A DNA stretch of 64,000 nucleotides. Origin: Promethearchaeota archaeon. Its GTDB lineage: Archaea; Asgardarchaeota; Lokiarchaeia; Sigyniarchaeales; SOKP01. Shown here one piece after another: positions 32,473-43,352 of the stretch (positions within the stretch are counted from its first letter, which is position 1; the number at the start of each line of letters is the position of its first letter). Location of the stretch: NCBI GenBank assembly GCA_016839555.1, contig JAEOUA010000001.1, positions 246,043-310,042 on the forward strand. The letters are read 5' to 3'. The notes beneath the pieces are model-generated. The model did no database searches. It saw only the letters and a program-made list of their open reading frames with translations, and had not been told where the DNA came from. Made by a program: the position numbers and the translations under genes.

Positions 32473-32934
32473 ATGAGCGAAAAAATTGTAGAAAAAACGA
32501 GGGGCCTAGTTAAAGCAGATTTCAGCTTTTGGGTTGGACTCTTCATGGATAAATTCTATGAAGGTTTTGAGCAAAAAAAGATATTAGCCAATAAATGTCA
32601 TAAATGTGGCATGGTTTTTGTCCCACCCAGAAAAATCTGTGGTAAATGTAGAGTGAAGCTTCCCCTAGATGAAAATTGGATGGAATTAGGCGATAAAGGA
32701 ACTTTAATTAATTATACACGGACACCCTATAAGGTCACAGATAGAAGAGGAAGAAAAGCAAGGAGCTTAAATGATATTGGAATGGTGAAAATTGATGGAA
32801 GTGATACTGCAATAATATATCCTCTACTTGATTTCGAAAAGGATGAAATAAAGATCGGTATGGAAGTGAAGATTAAATGGATAGACGAACCAAAAGGCGG
32901 ACCTTCGGATATAGAAGGGTTCGTAAAGGTGTGA
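32473..32934 (+). CDS. DUF35 Zn-ribbon/OB-fold protein
   Basis: KCHKCG.VFVPPRKICGKC; IGMEV. Confidence 0.9.
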   Translation: MSEKIVEKTRGLVKADFSFWVGLFMDKFYEGFEQKKILANKCHKCGMVFVPPRKICGKCRVKLPLDENWMELGDKGTLINYTRTPYKVTDRRGRKARSLNDIGMVKIDGSDTAIIYPLLDFEKDEIKIGMEVKIKWIDEPKGGPSDIEGFVKV

Positions 32935-32949
32935 GGTGGTGGGAAAAAA

Positions 32950-34092
32950 ATGGATAAAGTAGGAATAGTAGGATATAATCAAGTAAAATTGTATACAAAT
33001 GCGAATTATGGGCGTTATGAGATGATTTTTGAAGCCGTAAGGGGCGCTATTGATAGTGCTGGATTAAAGAAAAAAGATATTTCGACGGTTGTTTCAGCCA
33101 CGAATGATTATTACGACGGAAGGACCATCTCAAACTGTTTTACAGTAGAGGTTGGAGGAGCATATTTGGCTGATGAGAGTAAAGTGGAAATGGACGGAGC
33201 ACATGCCATGTTATATGGATTACTGAGAGTTTTATCGGGTAATCATAAACTGGCTGTTGTATGGGGTGGAAGTATGCCTTCGTGTTATCCATATCATTCT
33301 GCAAGGTTATATGAAACAGATCCCACGTGGGAAAGACCAAATGGCTATGTGAACGATATAACCGCGAGCGGCTTTCAAATGAGAGCCTATATGGATAAAT
33401 ATGGGATAAGCCGAGAGGATATTGCGAAGGTTGCCGTAAAAAATAGACGAAATGCAGCTAAAAACCCACTTGCTGTAGAAGAATCACAGAATCCTAACAT
33501 TACTGTTTCGGAAGTCTTGGAGTCGGATATATATGCCGATCCAGTGACTGAATTAATGGCTGCCCCTCCTTGTGATGGAGTTGCGGCTCTTTTATTGGCA
33601 CCAGAAAAGCAAGCGTTAAAGATTACTGATAAACCCGTTTGGATAAAGGGAGTAGGATGGAATCAAGAAACATATTATCTTGGAGAGCGAGACCTCTCGA
33701 CTAGTAATTCTATGGAGAAAGCCGCTAAAATGGCATATGATATGGCAGGAATCAATGATCCAAGAAATCAGATTGATTTGGCGGAATTATCTGAATTGTA
33801 TGCCCACGAAGAATTGATCTTCACTGAAGCATTAGGATTAACTGAGAAAGGGAAAGGCTCAGAATTGAATACTGAAATCGGCGGAGAATTCCCAATTAAT
33901 GCTTCTGGTGGAGCTTTAGGAGGAGATGCCCCTTGTGCGACTGGATTGATTAGAATCATAGAGGCAGTGAAGCAAATAAGAGGAGAAGCTGGGCAGCATC
34001 AAATTAATAATGTGAACCGCGCAATCGCCACAGGGCAAATTGGAATGTGTGCCCAAAATAATATAGTATACATATTGGAGAGTGGTGCATAA
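32950..34092 (+). CDS. Thiolase-like (SCP2 type) protein
   Basis: VKNRRNAAKNP, DGVAALLL, INASGG. Confidence 0.88.
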   Translation: MDKVGIVGYNQVKLYTNANYGRYEMIFEAVRGAIDSAGLKKKDISTVVSATNDYYDGRTISNCFTVEVGGAYLADESKVEMDGAHAMLYGLLRVLSGNHKLAVVWGGSMPSCYPYHSARLYETDPTWERPNGYVNDITASGFQMRAYMDKYGISREDIAKVAVKNRRNAAKNPLAVEESQNPNITVSEVLESDIYADPVTELMAAPPCDGVAALLLAPEKQALKITDKPVWIKGVGWNQETYYLGERDLSTSNSMEKAAKMAYDMAGINDPRNQIDLAELSELYAHEELIFTEALGLTEKGKGSELNTEIGGEFPINASGGALGGDAPCATGLIRIIEAVKQIRGEAGQHQINNVNRAIATGQIGMCAQNNIVYILESGA

Positions 34093-34093
34093 A

Positions 34094-35341
34094 ATGGGAA
34101 GACAAGTAGCTATTGCTTCTGCTGGTTTTTCTGAGCATGCCTCAAAACGTTCTGATGTAAGCATGCCGGAATTAGTTAACGAAGCCATAGAAGATTGTTT
34201 AGCAAAAGTTCCAAGTGTAGAATTAAGTGATATAGACGCGTTCGTGAATGGAAACATGCCAGCATTCGAAGGCTCAAATATCCCCGAATTATGGATGACT
34301 GACTGGTTGGGAGCGAGAGATAAACCCTTAATGCGAGTTACTACGGGAGGAACGACAGGTGGTTCTGTTGCTATTTCGGGATATTATACAGTAACTGCTG
34401 AGCTTCCTGGAATAGACACGGTATTGGCAGTTGCATTCGAACACCAGAGCCAAGGAGACACGAGCGTAGGACTTGCAAGTGTTGCGTATGGAGAAATATC
34501 CATTCTTAATAGTTTGGGTGTCCCTTATGATCAATTAAACCGATTATTATCTGCGGGAGCAGCAATAGGAGTTGCTGCCTATCAAGCAACTACATATATG
34601 AACAAATGTAAAATAACTGAAGAAGATCTAGCAAGAGTGGTAGTTCAAAATCGGAGAAATGCTGCTAAGACATGGTGGGCACACTTAAAGATGCCCAATC
34701 TCACGATTGAAGATGTTTTGGATACACCGTATGTACAATATCCTTTACGTTATGGAATGGTTTGTCCTGCTTCCGATGGAGCTGTTGCTATGCTTTTCAC
34801 GACTGAAGAAAAGGCAAAAGATATGTGCGATATTCCAGTATATGTAAATGGAGTGGCAAGTGTAGCTAATGAGACTGCTGTATTAGGATATGATGGAGGT
34901 GGTTCGGCACAACTCGATCCTTCTGCACAAATAGGTGCTATGAAATCAGCAGAATTAGCCTATAGTCAAGCGGGAATCTCATTACCCAGGAAAGAAATTG
35001 ATTATGCTGAGGTTTATGCTCCATTCCCGAATCAAGAACTTATGTGGGTGGAGAAATTAGGGTTATTCGAAGAAACAACTGCTCCTGAAATGTATAAAAC
35101 TGGGGTTACCGCACGAGAAGGAGAACTTCCGGTCAATTGCTCTGGTGGCGTAAACTCTACCAATGCTATTGGAGCATCTGCGATGGAAAGACCTGCAGTA
35201 TCGGCACTTCAAATAATGGGAAAAGCAGGCAATCAAGTTCCTAAAACTGTTCATACCTCTATAGGGAGTGGTTGGGGTGGAAGTTTAAATTTTATAACTC
35301 TAATGGCGATGTCCGATGAACCTCAGAGGAAATGGAAATAA
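34094..35341 (+). CDS. Thiolase-like (SCP2 type) protein; start at ATG 34094 or GTG 34082
   Basis: NRRNAA, SDGAVA, PVNCSGG. Confidence 0.88.
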   Translation: MGRQVAIASAGFSEHASKRSDVSMPELVNEAIEDCLAKVPSVELSDIDAFVNGNMPAFEGSNIPELWMTDWLGARDKPLMRVTTGGTTGGSVAISGYYTVTAELPGIDTVLAVAFEHQSQGDTSVGLASVAYGEISILNSLGVPYDQLNRLLSAGAAIGVAAYQATTYMNKCKITEEDLARVVVQNRRNAAKTWWAHLKMPNLTIEDVLDTPYVQYPLRYGMVCPASDGAVAMLFTTEEKAKDMCDIPVYVNGVASVANETAVLGYDGGGSAQLDPSAQIGAMKSAELAYSQAGISLPRKEIDYAEVYAPFPNQELMWVEKLGLFEETTAPEMYKTGVTAREGELPVNCSGGVNSTNAIGASAMERPAVSALQIMGKAGNQVPKTVHTSIGSGWGGSLNFITLMAMSDEPQRKWK

Positions 35342-35359
35342 AAAAAAGGAGGAAAAAAA

Positions 35360-35884
35360 ATGTCAAAACAAACTCAAAGAAAATCTATGGAATATGTAAA
35401 GAAGGAATATAAAAGAACAAGAACAACGCCCGCAAGCTGGTATTTATCCAGTTATGATTATAAATACAATATTACTCACATGCAACCTTTTCTAAGAAAG
35501 TTGAAAGAGAAAAAACTTGTTGCAAATAAATGTTCTGGTTGCAATCGAGTCTTTTATCCCCCTCGCTTAGTATGTGGAGAGTGTCTCGTCAAACCAGATC
35601 GATGGGTTGATATTAGAGATACCGCGTCTGTAGCTACCTATGCAATTGCATATTTAAAGGATGAGCATGGAGGGGTCGAAGAAAAACCTATGGTGTTGGT
35701 TCACCATGATGGAAGTGACACCTCTTCAATAGCCATGTTAGCTCCAGGGGTTAATGTTAAAGATACTTATATTGGTATGCCAATAAAAGCCCATTGGAAA
35801 GAGAATCCCGAAGGGGGATTAATGGATATTGAATATTATGATAAAGTGGAAGACGACGCAGAGGATATTGATATAAAAGAGTAA
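35360..35884 (+). CDS. DUF35 Zn-ribbon/OB-fold protein
   Basis: KCSGCNRVFYPPRLVCGEC; IGMPI. Confidence 0.9.
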   Translation: MSKQTQRKSMEYVKKEYKRTRTTPASWYLSSYDYKYNITHMQPFLRKLKEKKLVANKCSGCNRVFYPPRLVCGECLVKPDRWVDIRDTASVATYAIAYLKDEHGGVEEKPMVLVHHDGSDTSSIAMLAPGVNVKDTYIGMPIKAHWKENPEGGLMDIEYYDKVEDDAEDIDIKE

Positions 35885-36028
35885 TTTAAATTTTAATATT
35901 TTACTTTTTTTCTTTAAATTCTTTTTTTTTGTTTTATCACTCTTTCATTATCCCATTTATGGAACAAAATGTATTAATTTTAATAAAAAATTAAAGAATT
36001 TTTTTTTAATCTTACTATTTATGAATAT

Positions 36029-36562
36029 ATGGAAAAAAAATCGCTTGATTTTATCGAATTTATAACCTCTCGTAAAAGTACGAGAAATTTTATTTTCGAA
36101 GAAATAAAAAAGGAGACTCTTGAAAATATCTTGGAGTGCGGGCGGTGGGCTCCCTCGGGGCTTAACAATCAGCCATGGCGCGTATGTGTAGCAGAACATC
36201 CCTTATTAAAAAAGATGCTGGCGGACACTACAGAATATGGAGGGATCCTTGAAAGTGCCTATTATAATCTTGTAATATTTCTTGAATTAGATAAAACCTA
36301 TAATCGTGTAAAAGATCTTCAAGCAATTGGAGCTTTTATGGAAAATATTTTATTAGGTGCACATGCACTGGGACTAGGTGCCGTATGGATTGGAGAAATC
36401 CTAAATAATAAGGAAAAGGTAAATGAAATCTTTAAATTGAGTGCAGATAAATATGAACTAATGGGTGTTATCGCCTTAGGAAAAATTGACAAGCAAATGG
36501 AAGCAAAAAAAGAAAAGGAAAGAACGAGAAGATTTCTTGATGATTTTGTTGAGTGGTATTAA
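36029..36562 (+). CDS. Nitroreductase family
   Basis: RKSTR, APSGLNNQPW, LGLGAVWIG. Confidence 0.92.
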   Translation: MEKKSLDFIEFITSRKSTRNFIFEEIKKETLENILECGRWAPSGLNNQPWRVCVAEHPLLKKMLADTTEYGGILESAYYNLVIFLELDKTYNRVKDLQAIGAFMENILLGAHALGLGAVWIGEILNNKEKVNEIFKLSADKYELMGVIALGKIDKQMEAKKEKERTRRFLDDFVEWY

Positions 36563-36779
36563 AATAAAAGTTGATTTTTATATTTAACCTATTATTTCTC
36601 CATTATCTAAAATATATTGTAAATTCTTATTCAAATTAAGCATTAAAAAAAAATATAATTAAAATGAAAAATCCCATAACCCTATATTGATTTGCAATCA
36701 TACAATCTTATATAGTTAATTATATTTACACAACCAATATAAGAATATATTAAAAAAAGAATAACGAAAAGTTTATACT

Positions 36780-38060
36780 ATGGCTCATCCATATCATGCA
36801 GAAAAAGAAGAACACAGAAAATATTTGGCACAATATGATATAGATCCCCGGAAAGCGATGTTCACAATTATATTGTCTATTCTTGTTGATGTTTTTGGTT
36901 ATTCTATGGTACTTCCTTTATTACCGACGATAGCAAAAACATTTGGCGCGTCTGATTTCTTTGTCGGAATATTAATTTCATCTAATGCATTAACTGCCCT
37001 TATTTTTGGACCAATTTGGGGGAGATTGAGTGATAGATATGGCAGAAAACCAATTCTTGTAATTTCTCAAGCAGGAACAGGCGTCTCTTTTTTATTTTTA
37101 GCCTTATCACCACAAGTTTATATGATCCTCTTCGCAAGAATCTTAGATGGGGTATTTGGAGGACAAATACCCGTAATTAGAGCTTATATCGCAGATATTA
37201 CCACTCCAAGGTTCCGCTCTCAGGAAATGAGTAAAATAATGGTTGGACATACGGGTGGCATGATTTTTGGGCCAATCATTGGTGGATTCTTAGGTAGTAT
37301 AAATTGGAGATATCCCTCATTCTTGGCGAGTGCATTATCAATCCTCGCAATTACACTTACTCTAACAATATTAATAGAAAGTTTACCTAAAGAAAGAATT
37401 GCTGATATGAAAGATCATTATGAAATGATGGAAAAAACTACTGGAAATAAAAGGAGTATTTGGAATAAAGAAGTTTTTATGCGATTAGTTCAAATTTTTC
37501 TGGTATTTATGATTAATAATATGCTTACAAGCTCTTTTCCCCTAATCCTAGATAAGAGATTTGGCGCTGAACCGTTTGTTATTGGCACCATAATGAGCAT
37601 TGCTGGCATAGTTATAATGATTTATGCTGGATTAATTTTAAAACCAGCGATAAGAAGAATTGGTGAAAAATGGATGTTAATATTTAGCTTTTTCCTTATG
37701 ATTATCAACTTCTTAATATTTCCCTATCTCTACGAGCTCTGGACGGCATATTTATTCGTTATACCTTTTGCGATAGGCATGGCTAGCCTTCCCCCGCTTA
37801 TTCAAAGTAATTTGTCAAGAGCTGTAGATCCACATAAACAAGGTGCGGTTTCTGGGTTTGCCACAAATTTTCAATCATTTGCTCAAATATTGGCACCTTT
37901 ACTTTCTACCTTTTATTTACAAATAGGTGGCTGGGCATTCTCTTCAGTTTACTTTAATTCTTATCAATTAATTGGATTTTCTGCTGTATTATTTGGTATC
38001 ATTCTAACAACTATAGGATTAGTAGATATTAAAAACCATCCACACCTTTATGAAGAGTAA
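36780..38060 (+). CDS. MFS transporter (TetA-like)
   Basis: GRLSDRYGRKP motif A; multiple TM helices. Confidence 0.92.
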   Translation: MAHPYHAEKEEHRKYLAQYDIDPRKAMFTIILSILVDVFGYSMVLPLLPTIAKTFGASDFFVGILISSNALTALIFGPIWGRLSDRYGRKPILVISQAGTGVSFLFLALSPQVYMILFARILDGVFGGQIPVIRAYIADITTPRFRSQEMSKIMVGHTGGMIFGPIIGGFLGSINWRYPSFLASALSILAITLTLTILIESLPKERIADMKDHYEMMEKTTGNKRSIWNKEVFMRLVQIFLVFMINNMLTSSFPLILDKRFGAEPFVIGTIMSIAGIVIMIYAGLILKPAIRRIGEKWMLIFSFFLMIINFLIFPYLYELWTAYLFVIPFAIGMASLPPLIQSNLSRAVDPHKQGAVSGFATNFQSFAQILAPLLSTFYLQIGGWAFSSVYFNSYQLIGFSAVLFGIILTTIGLVDIKNHPHLYEE

Positions 38061-38148
38061 TTAAATGTAAATTTTATTTATATTCTACCTAAAGCTCTTT
38101 TTGAACTGATTTAATAAAACAGAAACATTTACTTATTAATTAAATCTG

Positions 38149-38680
38149 TTATTGTTTTGAATCTTTTATACCATTTTTCAAATATTTATTTAATATTGTG
38201 AAAATCCCATTAATCCTCGGCTTCTTGACTGAGAATACCGCATTTATTTTTTGCCAAAACAAGTAAACATGCGCTGAATGTTGCATCTGAAAAGGATTTA
38301 AACTGTAACTTTTATTAAGATCCATATCTTCAGAATTAATATTTGTGAAATATATAGGATCATCTTTAAAAAAACTCAAAAAAATAATTACAAAGTTCTT
38401 CGGATTTTTTATCATTTATAAATTCTACACAGTATGCAAGGTCATGGGAGATAATGTATTTACATAGTTTTAGAGCCTTTCTGTATTCAATCTGGAATAA
38501 TTTCTCACCGATTTTAAAAAAATCCAAAGATGCAAGCATAATATTAAGTATTGATATTTGATCTGATTTAATGTGATAAATATCACTAATATCAAATATC
38601 TTGCACTTAATATCGAGATTTTCTAACTTATTTTGGATTTTATTGCAGAATATCATTCCCTCTTTAGACTCTGATATCAT
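38149..38680 (-). pseudogene. Hypothetical gene apparently split by a frameshift in a T7 run
   Basis: GAG TTT TTT TAA; removing one T joins ORF 38366..38680 to the frame of 38149..38415 (EFFKDDPIYF...). Confidence 0.5.
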
Positions 38681-38811
38681 TATAAAGGGTAAAACATGGA
38701 GAATAATATTGATTTTTAATGATAAAGTTTATTCATTCCTTCTATAAAAAGCTTATCCAATTTCTTTTGAATATCTCAATATTTTAAATAATAATTTATT
38801 CTGATAAAGGA

Positions 38812-39453
38812 TTAAAGAAATATAAATTCAATAATGAATTTAAAGATATCTCCAAGCCAATAGTATAAATCCAACCAGAAATTATAGGTCAATCCCAGAA
38901 AAAGCAGCGCATATAGAGTTCCAAATGCAAATCCCGCAATTACATCTAACGGATAATGCATTCCTAAAATTAATCTACATATAGCCATAATAATATCCAA
39001 ATAAATGAAAATAATTAATATGGTCCAGCTATTGAATACAAAGGCAAAAATATATCCAAATAATAAGAAAAAGGTGACGTGTCCAGAAGGAAATGAACAA
39101 TTCTCTTTTATTAATTCATCTTCTTGCTTTACTCCATTTTGTTTTAACGTTATGTAAGGTCTATTGCGTTTAACTATTACATGCTTTATTAAAACATGAA
39201 TAATTACACTCTGCTGAAAGCCACCTGTTATTAATAAAAACAAAAAATAATCTTTTGTAATAAACCCATAAATTCCTAAAAGCAACCAAATGACAAACCA
39301 GAAAAATAGGCTCCCAAAAAAAGAATATATTTTTGCAAATAAAATAAATCTTTTTTTCCTCAAATATTCACTGCTGTAAAGATCTAAGAAGACTTGAAAG
39401 TCCCATTCTTCAATTTTTTTAATAAAAATCTTAAGAGAAGTTTCTACCGTCAA
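38812..39453 (-). CDS. PAP2-family phosphatase
   Basis: K....RNRP, SFPSGH, R..LGMHYPLDV. Confidence 0.92.
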   Translation of the reverse strand: MTVETSLKIFIKKIEEWDFQVFLDLYSSEYLRKKRFILFAKIYSFFGSLFFWFVIWLLLGIYGFITKDYFLFLLITGGFQQSVIIHVLIKHVIVKRNRPYITLKQNGVKQEDELIKENCSFPSGHVTFFLLFGYIFAFVFNSWTILIIFIYLDIIMAICRLILGMHYPLDVIAGFAFGTLYALLFLGLTYNFWLDLYYWLGDIFKFIIEFIFL

Positions 39454-39647
39454 TCTACTTTAAACTATTATTTTTATAAAAATCCTTTGCTTGTTTATGA
39501 CAAAATTTTAGTATTTATATATATTATCCGACTATTACTCATATTGCTTATATTGATATAATTTTGATACCTCTTAAGAGAAAATCCTTATAAATGAATA
39601 TTTCTTATCTTTTAAACAATTTTTTGATAATATTTTATTGATGAGTT

Positions 39648-40022
39648 ATGAATTTTGATAAAACTAAGTTTGGTGAAATCTGGGTTGATGGTGAGAAATA
39701 TCCTCATGATATCTATTTTTTTCCAGATGGAACACTGAAAAAGCGAGATAAATCTCACTCACCACGAATTGGAGGTCATAGATCACTTTCAGAGTGGGAA
39801 TTAGGGCAAATTTTAGCAAGTAAACCCGAAATTATCATTATTGGAATGGGACAATCAGGAGTGCTTCCTTTTACCGAGGGTACAGAAGAAATGTTAGCTT
39901 CTATTAAAAATAAGAAAAATATTCAAATCATTAAAAGAAATACTCCAGATATACTTAAGAAAGCAAATGAAGTATTGAAATCAGGTAAAAAAGTTGCGGG
40001 AATTATCCATACAACCTGTTAG
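39648..40022 (+). CDS. Mth938-like domain protein
   Basis: FGEI.VDG..Y..DI, IIIGMGQSG, IHTTC. Confidence 0.85.
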   Translation: MNFDKTKFGEIWVDGEKYPHDIYFFPDGTLKKRDKSHSPRIGGHRSLSEWELGQILASKPEIIIIGMGQSGVLPFTEGTEEMLASIKNKKNIQIIKRNTPDILKKANEVLKSGKKVAGIIHTTC

Positions 40023-40322
40023 ATTTTTATTACGGATTTTATTTATAGATTGTAATTATATTTTTAATAAAAACTAATAGAAATCCTGATATTTGTGTAA
40101 TTATAAACAAATTGACTATTTACACTAATAATCGAATTAAGACTTTTTATGAATTTTTATTATTATTATTTTTTATTTGTTGAATCTACATAGTTTTTTA
40201 GATATTTAAGGCTTCTATGATTAAATTTTTAGTAATAAATAATTTTTTCAATTGTTGGTCTTACATAGTTTTATAAATAAAAAAAATTTTGGTTAGTATA
40301 ATAATTAATAGAGGTAATATAA

Positions 40323-40856
40323 ATGAGTGAAAAAAATGCATTTTCTGAAGAAAGTTTGAGAGAAATAGCAGAGGAAAAATTCAAATTTCGTCTCTCGGTT
40401 CGGATTCATCTATGGGCATATATATGTGTAAATGGATTTTTAGTTTTACTTAATCTACTTACATCTCCGTTTTATTTGTGGTCTCTCTATCCCATCCTAG
40501 GATGGGGGGTTGGATTGGCCGAACATGCTACTGCTTATATACTTTACGCGAAAGGAGTATATCCGATGAGTAAAAGAGCTGTATATTTTCATGTTGTCGC
40601 ATATGTATGCGTAATGGTATTGTTATTCTTTATCAATATCAATATAATGGGCTATGCCTTTAATATACCTACATGGGCATTCATTCCGGTGATTGCATGG
40701 GGTAGTGCTGTTGCTATTCATGGAATTGTATATAGAATTTATTTTGCTAAAATTATAACTGAAGAAGGAGAAGTCAAAAGTAGAAAGGATATTGCAATAG
40801 AAAAAGAAATGGAAAAATTGAAAAAGGAAAGAGAAAACGAGGAGGATTTTTATTAG
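40323..40856 (+). CDS. Tandem 2TM-domain membrane protein
   Basis: Two H...Y..V....IN....W...P...WG..H repeats. Confidence 0.75.
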   Translation: MSEKNAFSEESLREIAEEKFKFRLSVRIHLWAYICVNGFLVLLNLLTSPFYLWSLYPILGWGVGLAEHATAYILYAKGVYPMSKRAVYFHVVAYVCVMVLLFFININIMGYAFNIPTWAFIPVIAWGSAVAIHGIVYRIYFAKIITEEGEVKSRKDIAIEKEMEKLKKERENEEDFY

Positions 40857-40870
40857 TTGGGTGATGCTAA

Positions 40871-41494
40871 ATGTGGCTTAATAAATTTTTAGACCTAGAG
40901 GATGATATTGAGCAATTAAGATCCAAAATAGAGGAGAATATCTTTAAAAAAATCAAAAAAACTCAATTAACACCATTACAATTTACGGTATTGGAAACAA
41001 TTTTTAACGCTCATACTATATCTGGGTATGATTTAATTAAACTCCTAAATAAGCAATTCGCAAAAACATGGAAAGCAAGTTCAGGTACCATCTACCCTAT
41101 TCTCTCGAAATTAGAAAAAAATGGCTATTTGACCTCAAAGCAAGTAAAAAGCCCCATAGGACCTCTGAGGACAGTTTATTCATTAACCGATGCTGGAAAA
41201 CAAATAATCAAAACAAAAGTAAACAAAAACTTCCAAGAACAATTAAATTATATTGAAAACTTCGTAACAGAACTCTCTCTAATCTATATAAAATCCTTTC
41301 CCAAAGAAGTAGCAGAGCAAAAAACAGAAGAGGTTAAATCTTTATTAAAGCAAATAATAGACAATATCATTGAAAGAATTCCAGTAAATATGAAATTTCC
41401 GAGCTATTGTCCTCAATGCGGTTCAAAACTCGATAAGCAAGGTATTAAATTTTGTGCTTATTGTGGAGCTGACTTAAAAGGAAGAGTTTCTTAA
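40871..41494 (+). CDS. PadR regulator with C-terminal zinc ribbon
   Basis: GYDL, SSGTIYPIL.KLE, YSLTDAG; CPQC...FCAYCG. Confidence 0.9.
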   Translation: MWLNKFLDLEDDIEQLRSKIEENIFKKIKKTQLTPLQFTVLETIFNAHTISGYDLIKLLNKQFAKTWKASSGTIYPILSKLEKNGYLTSKQVKSPIGPLRTVYSLTDAGKQIIKTKVNKNFQEQLNYIENFVTELSLIYIKSFPKEVAEQKTEEVKSLLKQIIDNIIERIPVNMKFPSYCPQCGSKLDKQGIKFCAYCGADLKGRVS

Positions 41495-41718
41495 TCCTAT
41501 TCTTTTTATTTTATTTTAATTATATTTTAAATTTTGATTATTTCTAAAATTATAATTAGTCTAAGATTTTTTAGAAATCATAACTTCTTAATTCTTTATT
41601 CGTGAAAGATTCATTTCCCGATGGAATGTCTATATCTAAATAATATAAGGAAAAAAAAAAAATAAAGCTTAATTCTTGTCTCTTGAATAAAGAAATTAGA
41701 TCAAAGTAAGTCTATCTT

Positions 41719-42276
41719 TTAATAGATTACTCCCAAAATGAGATTCGTTATTATCATAAAGACAAAAGTTCCTATTCGTATTATCCCTGCATACCTTAAA
41801 TAGGGATCATCATTTTTTTTACCATGAAGAATTATAAGGACCATGGGGATGATTAAAATACTATCCATCACAAGCGTTTGAATAAAACTTAATAATGATG
41901 TAAAGTCTAAGAAGCTAATGGTAATATTAAAGGATAAGTTAAAAATATATTCAATAATTAAAAATATTGATGCAATGAGGAGATAACGTCCAAAAAGATA
42001 ATAATTCTTCAAAGAATACGCCAATAAAAATAGAACTGCAGCTAATAAAACACTTGATACTATTATAGCGCTTATAATACTACCCGAAGCATAAAAAAAC
42101 AGCAAATCCTCTATAAAAGGTGTAGCGACTCCAATTCCACCATAACATATCAATAAATAAGGACTTTTAATAGTTTTATTTTCTTTTTCTGATCCGGCAA
42201 TAATAACACAGATAAAATATGCCAAACTTAAAATAAATCTAGCATTCTGGAAATAAAATGTTAAATTTAAGATCAT
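41719..42276 (-). CDS. Hypothetical membrane protein
   Basis: Multiple hydrophobic helices. Confidence 0.6.
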   Translation of the reverse strand: MILNLTFYFQNARFILSLAYFICVIIAGSEKENKTIKSPYLLICYGGIGVATPFIEDLLFFYASGSIISAIIVSSVLLAAVLFLLAYSLKNYYLFGRYLLIASIFLIIEYIFNLSFNITISFLDFTSLLSFIQTLVMDSILIIPMVLIILHGKKNDDPYLRYAGIIRIGTFVFMIITNLILGVIY

Positions 42277-42419
42277 ATTTACCCTATTTCAATTTATTTC
42301 ATTATAGTATATAAATTAGATTAAAAAAAGTTTTTCAGTATTCTACACCTAAAAATAATTTAAAAGAGTTAAAAACTATAAATTATAATTTTTTAAAAAT
42401 AGTGTAATTTTTTGAGATT

Positions 42420-42764
42420 ATGTGTGTTCAGTATATAGAGGATTATAGTTTTGGAGAAATCACGATTGCTGGTAATGCATATAGCAACGATCTTATCATT
42501 TTAGGAAAAGAAATTATTCAAAATTGGTGGAGGAAAAAAGGACATACCCTTTTAAAACAGGATTTGAAAAAAATAATCGAGTATCAGCCTACTCTACTGA
42601 TAGTTGGAAAAGGCTATTATGGAAGAATGAATGTACCAGCGGATCTTATTAAAGACTTAAATTTTAAAATTCGATCATATAAGACCGCTGAAGCAATAAG
42701 ACGATATAATAAAGCTCTAGAAAAAAATAAGCGAATAGCTGGAGCTTTTCATTTGACTTGTTAA
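42420..42764 (+). CDS. Mth938-like domain protein
   Basis: YSFGEI, WWRKKGH, VGKGYYG, FHLTC. Confidence 0.85.
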   Translation: MCVQYIEDYSFGEITIAGNAYSNDLIILGKEIIQNWWRKKGHTLLKQDLKKIIEYQPTLLIVGKGYYGRMNVPADLIKDLNFKIRSYKTAEAIRRYNKALEKNKRIAGAFHLTC

Positions 42765-42800
42765 TGTCTATAAAGTTTTTAAATTTTATATGATATTTAT

Positions 42801-43253
42801 TTAATCACATTTTAAAAATGCTTCTTTTCCTAATTGGATAAATAATTCACCGATTTCAAACAGAGTGAGTGGTTGGATTAAGAGCGCCATTTGATGCCGT
42901 ATTTCTTCTTTATCAAGTCCCGCTGATATCAATTTTTTGATATCTTCTACATAATCATCCATATTCAGAAATAATATTTCAATCTTAGCAACACCTGTTA
43001 ATTCTTCTATATCTTTATCCAAATGTTCTTCTACCCTATTCAAGAGCTTTAATTTTAATTCAGGGGCTAATTTATATTCCTTAATTAATCGATTCATTTC
43101 CTGTATAATAATATTTAATGATAAATTCCAATCAGCATTTTCTTTGTATTTTGGAATTAATATATCGCTAATAATAATCTCGAATAATGTTTTTGGTGCT
43201 TCTTCATCAAATTCAAGCTCTAACCCCGTGCTCATTTTTAATTTTTGAACCAT
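42801..43253 (-). CDS. Hypothetical protein
   Basis: 150-aa helical ORF. Confidence 0.6.
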   Translation of the reverse strand: MVQKLKMSTGLELEFDEEAPKTLFEIIISDILIPKYKENADWNLSLNIIIQEMNRLIKEYKLAPELKLKLLNRVEEHLDKDIEELTGVAKIEILFLNMDDYVEDIKKLISAGLDKEEIRHQMALLIQPLTLFEIGELFIQLGKEAFLKCD

Positions 43254-43352
43254 TTTTTCTTATTCACTCAAAAATTATTATTTACTTTTCTGTTATTAAA
43301 ATTATATTAAAATTGAGATTAAAAATATTTTCGATATATTATTTTGTTGAAG

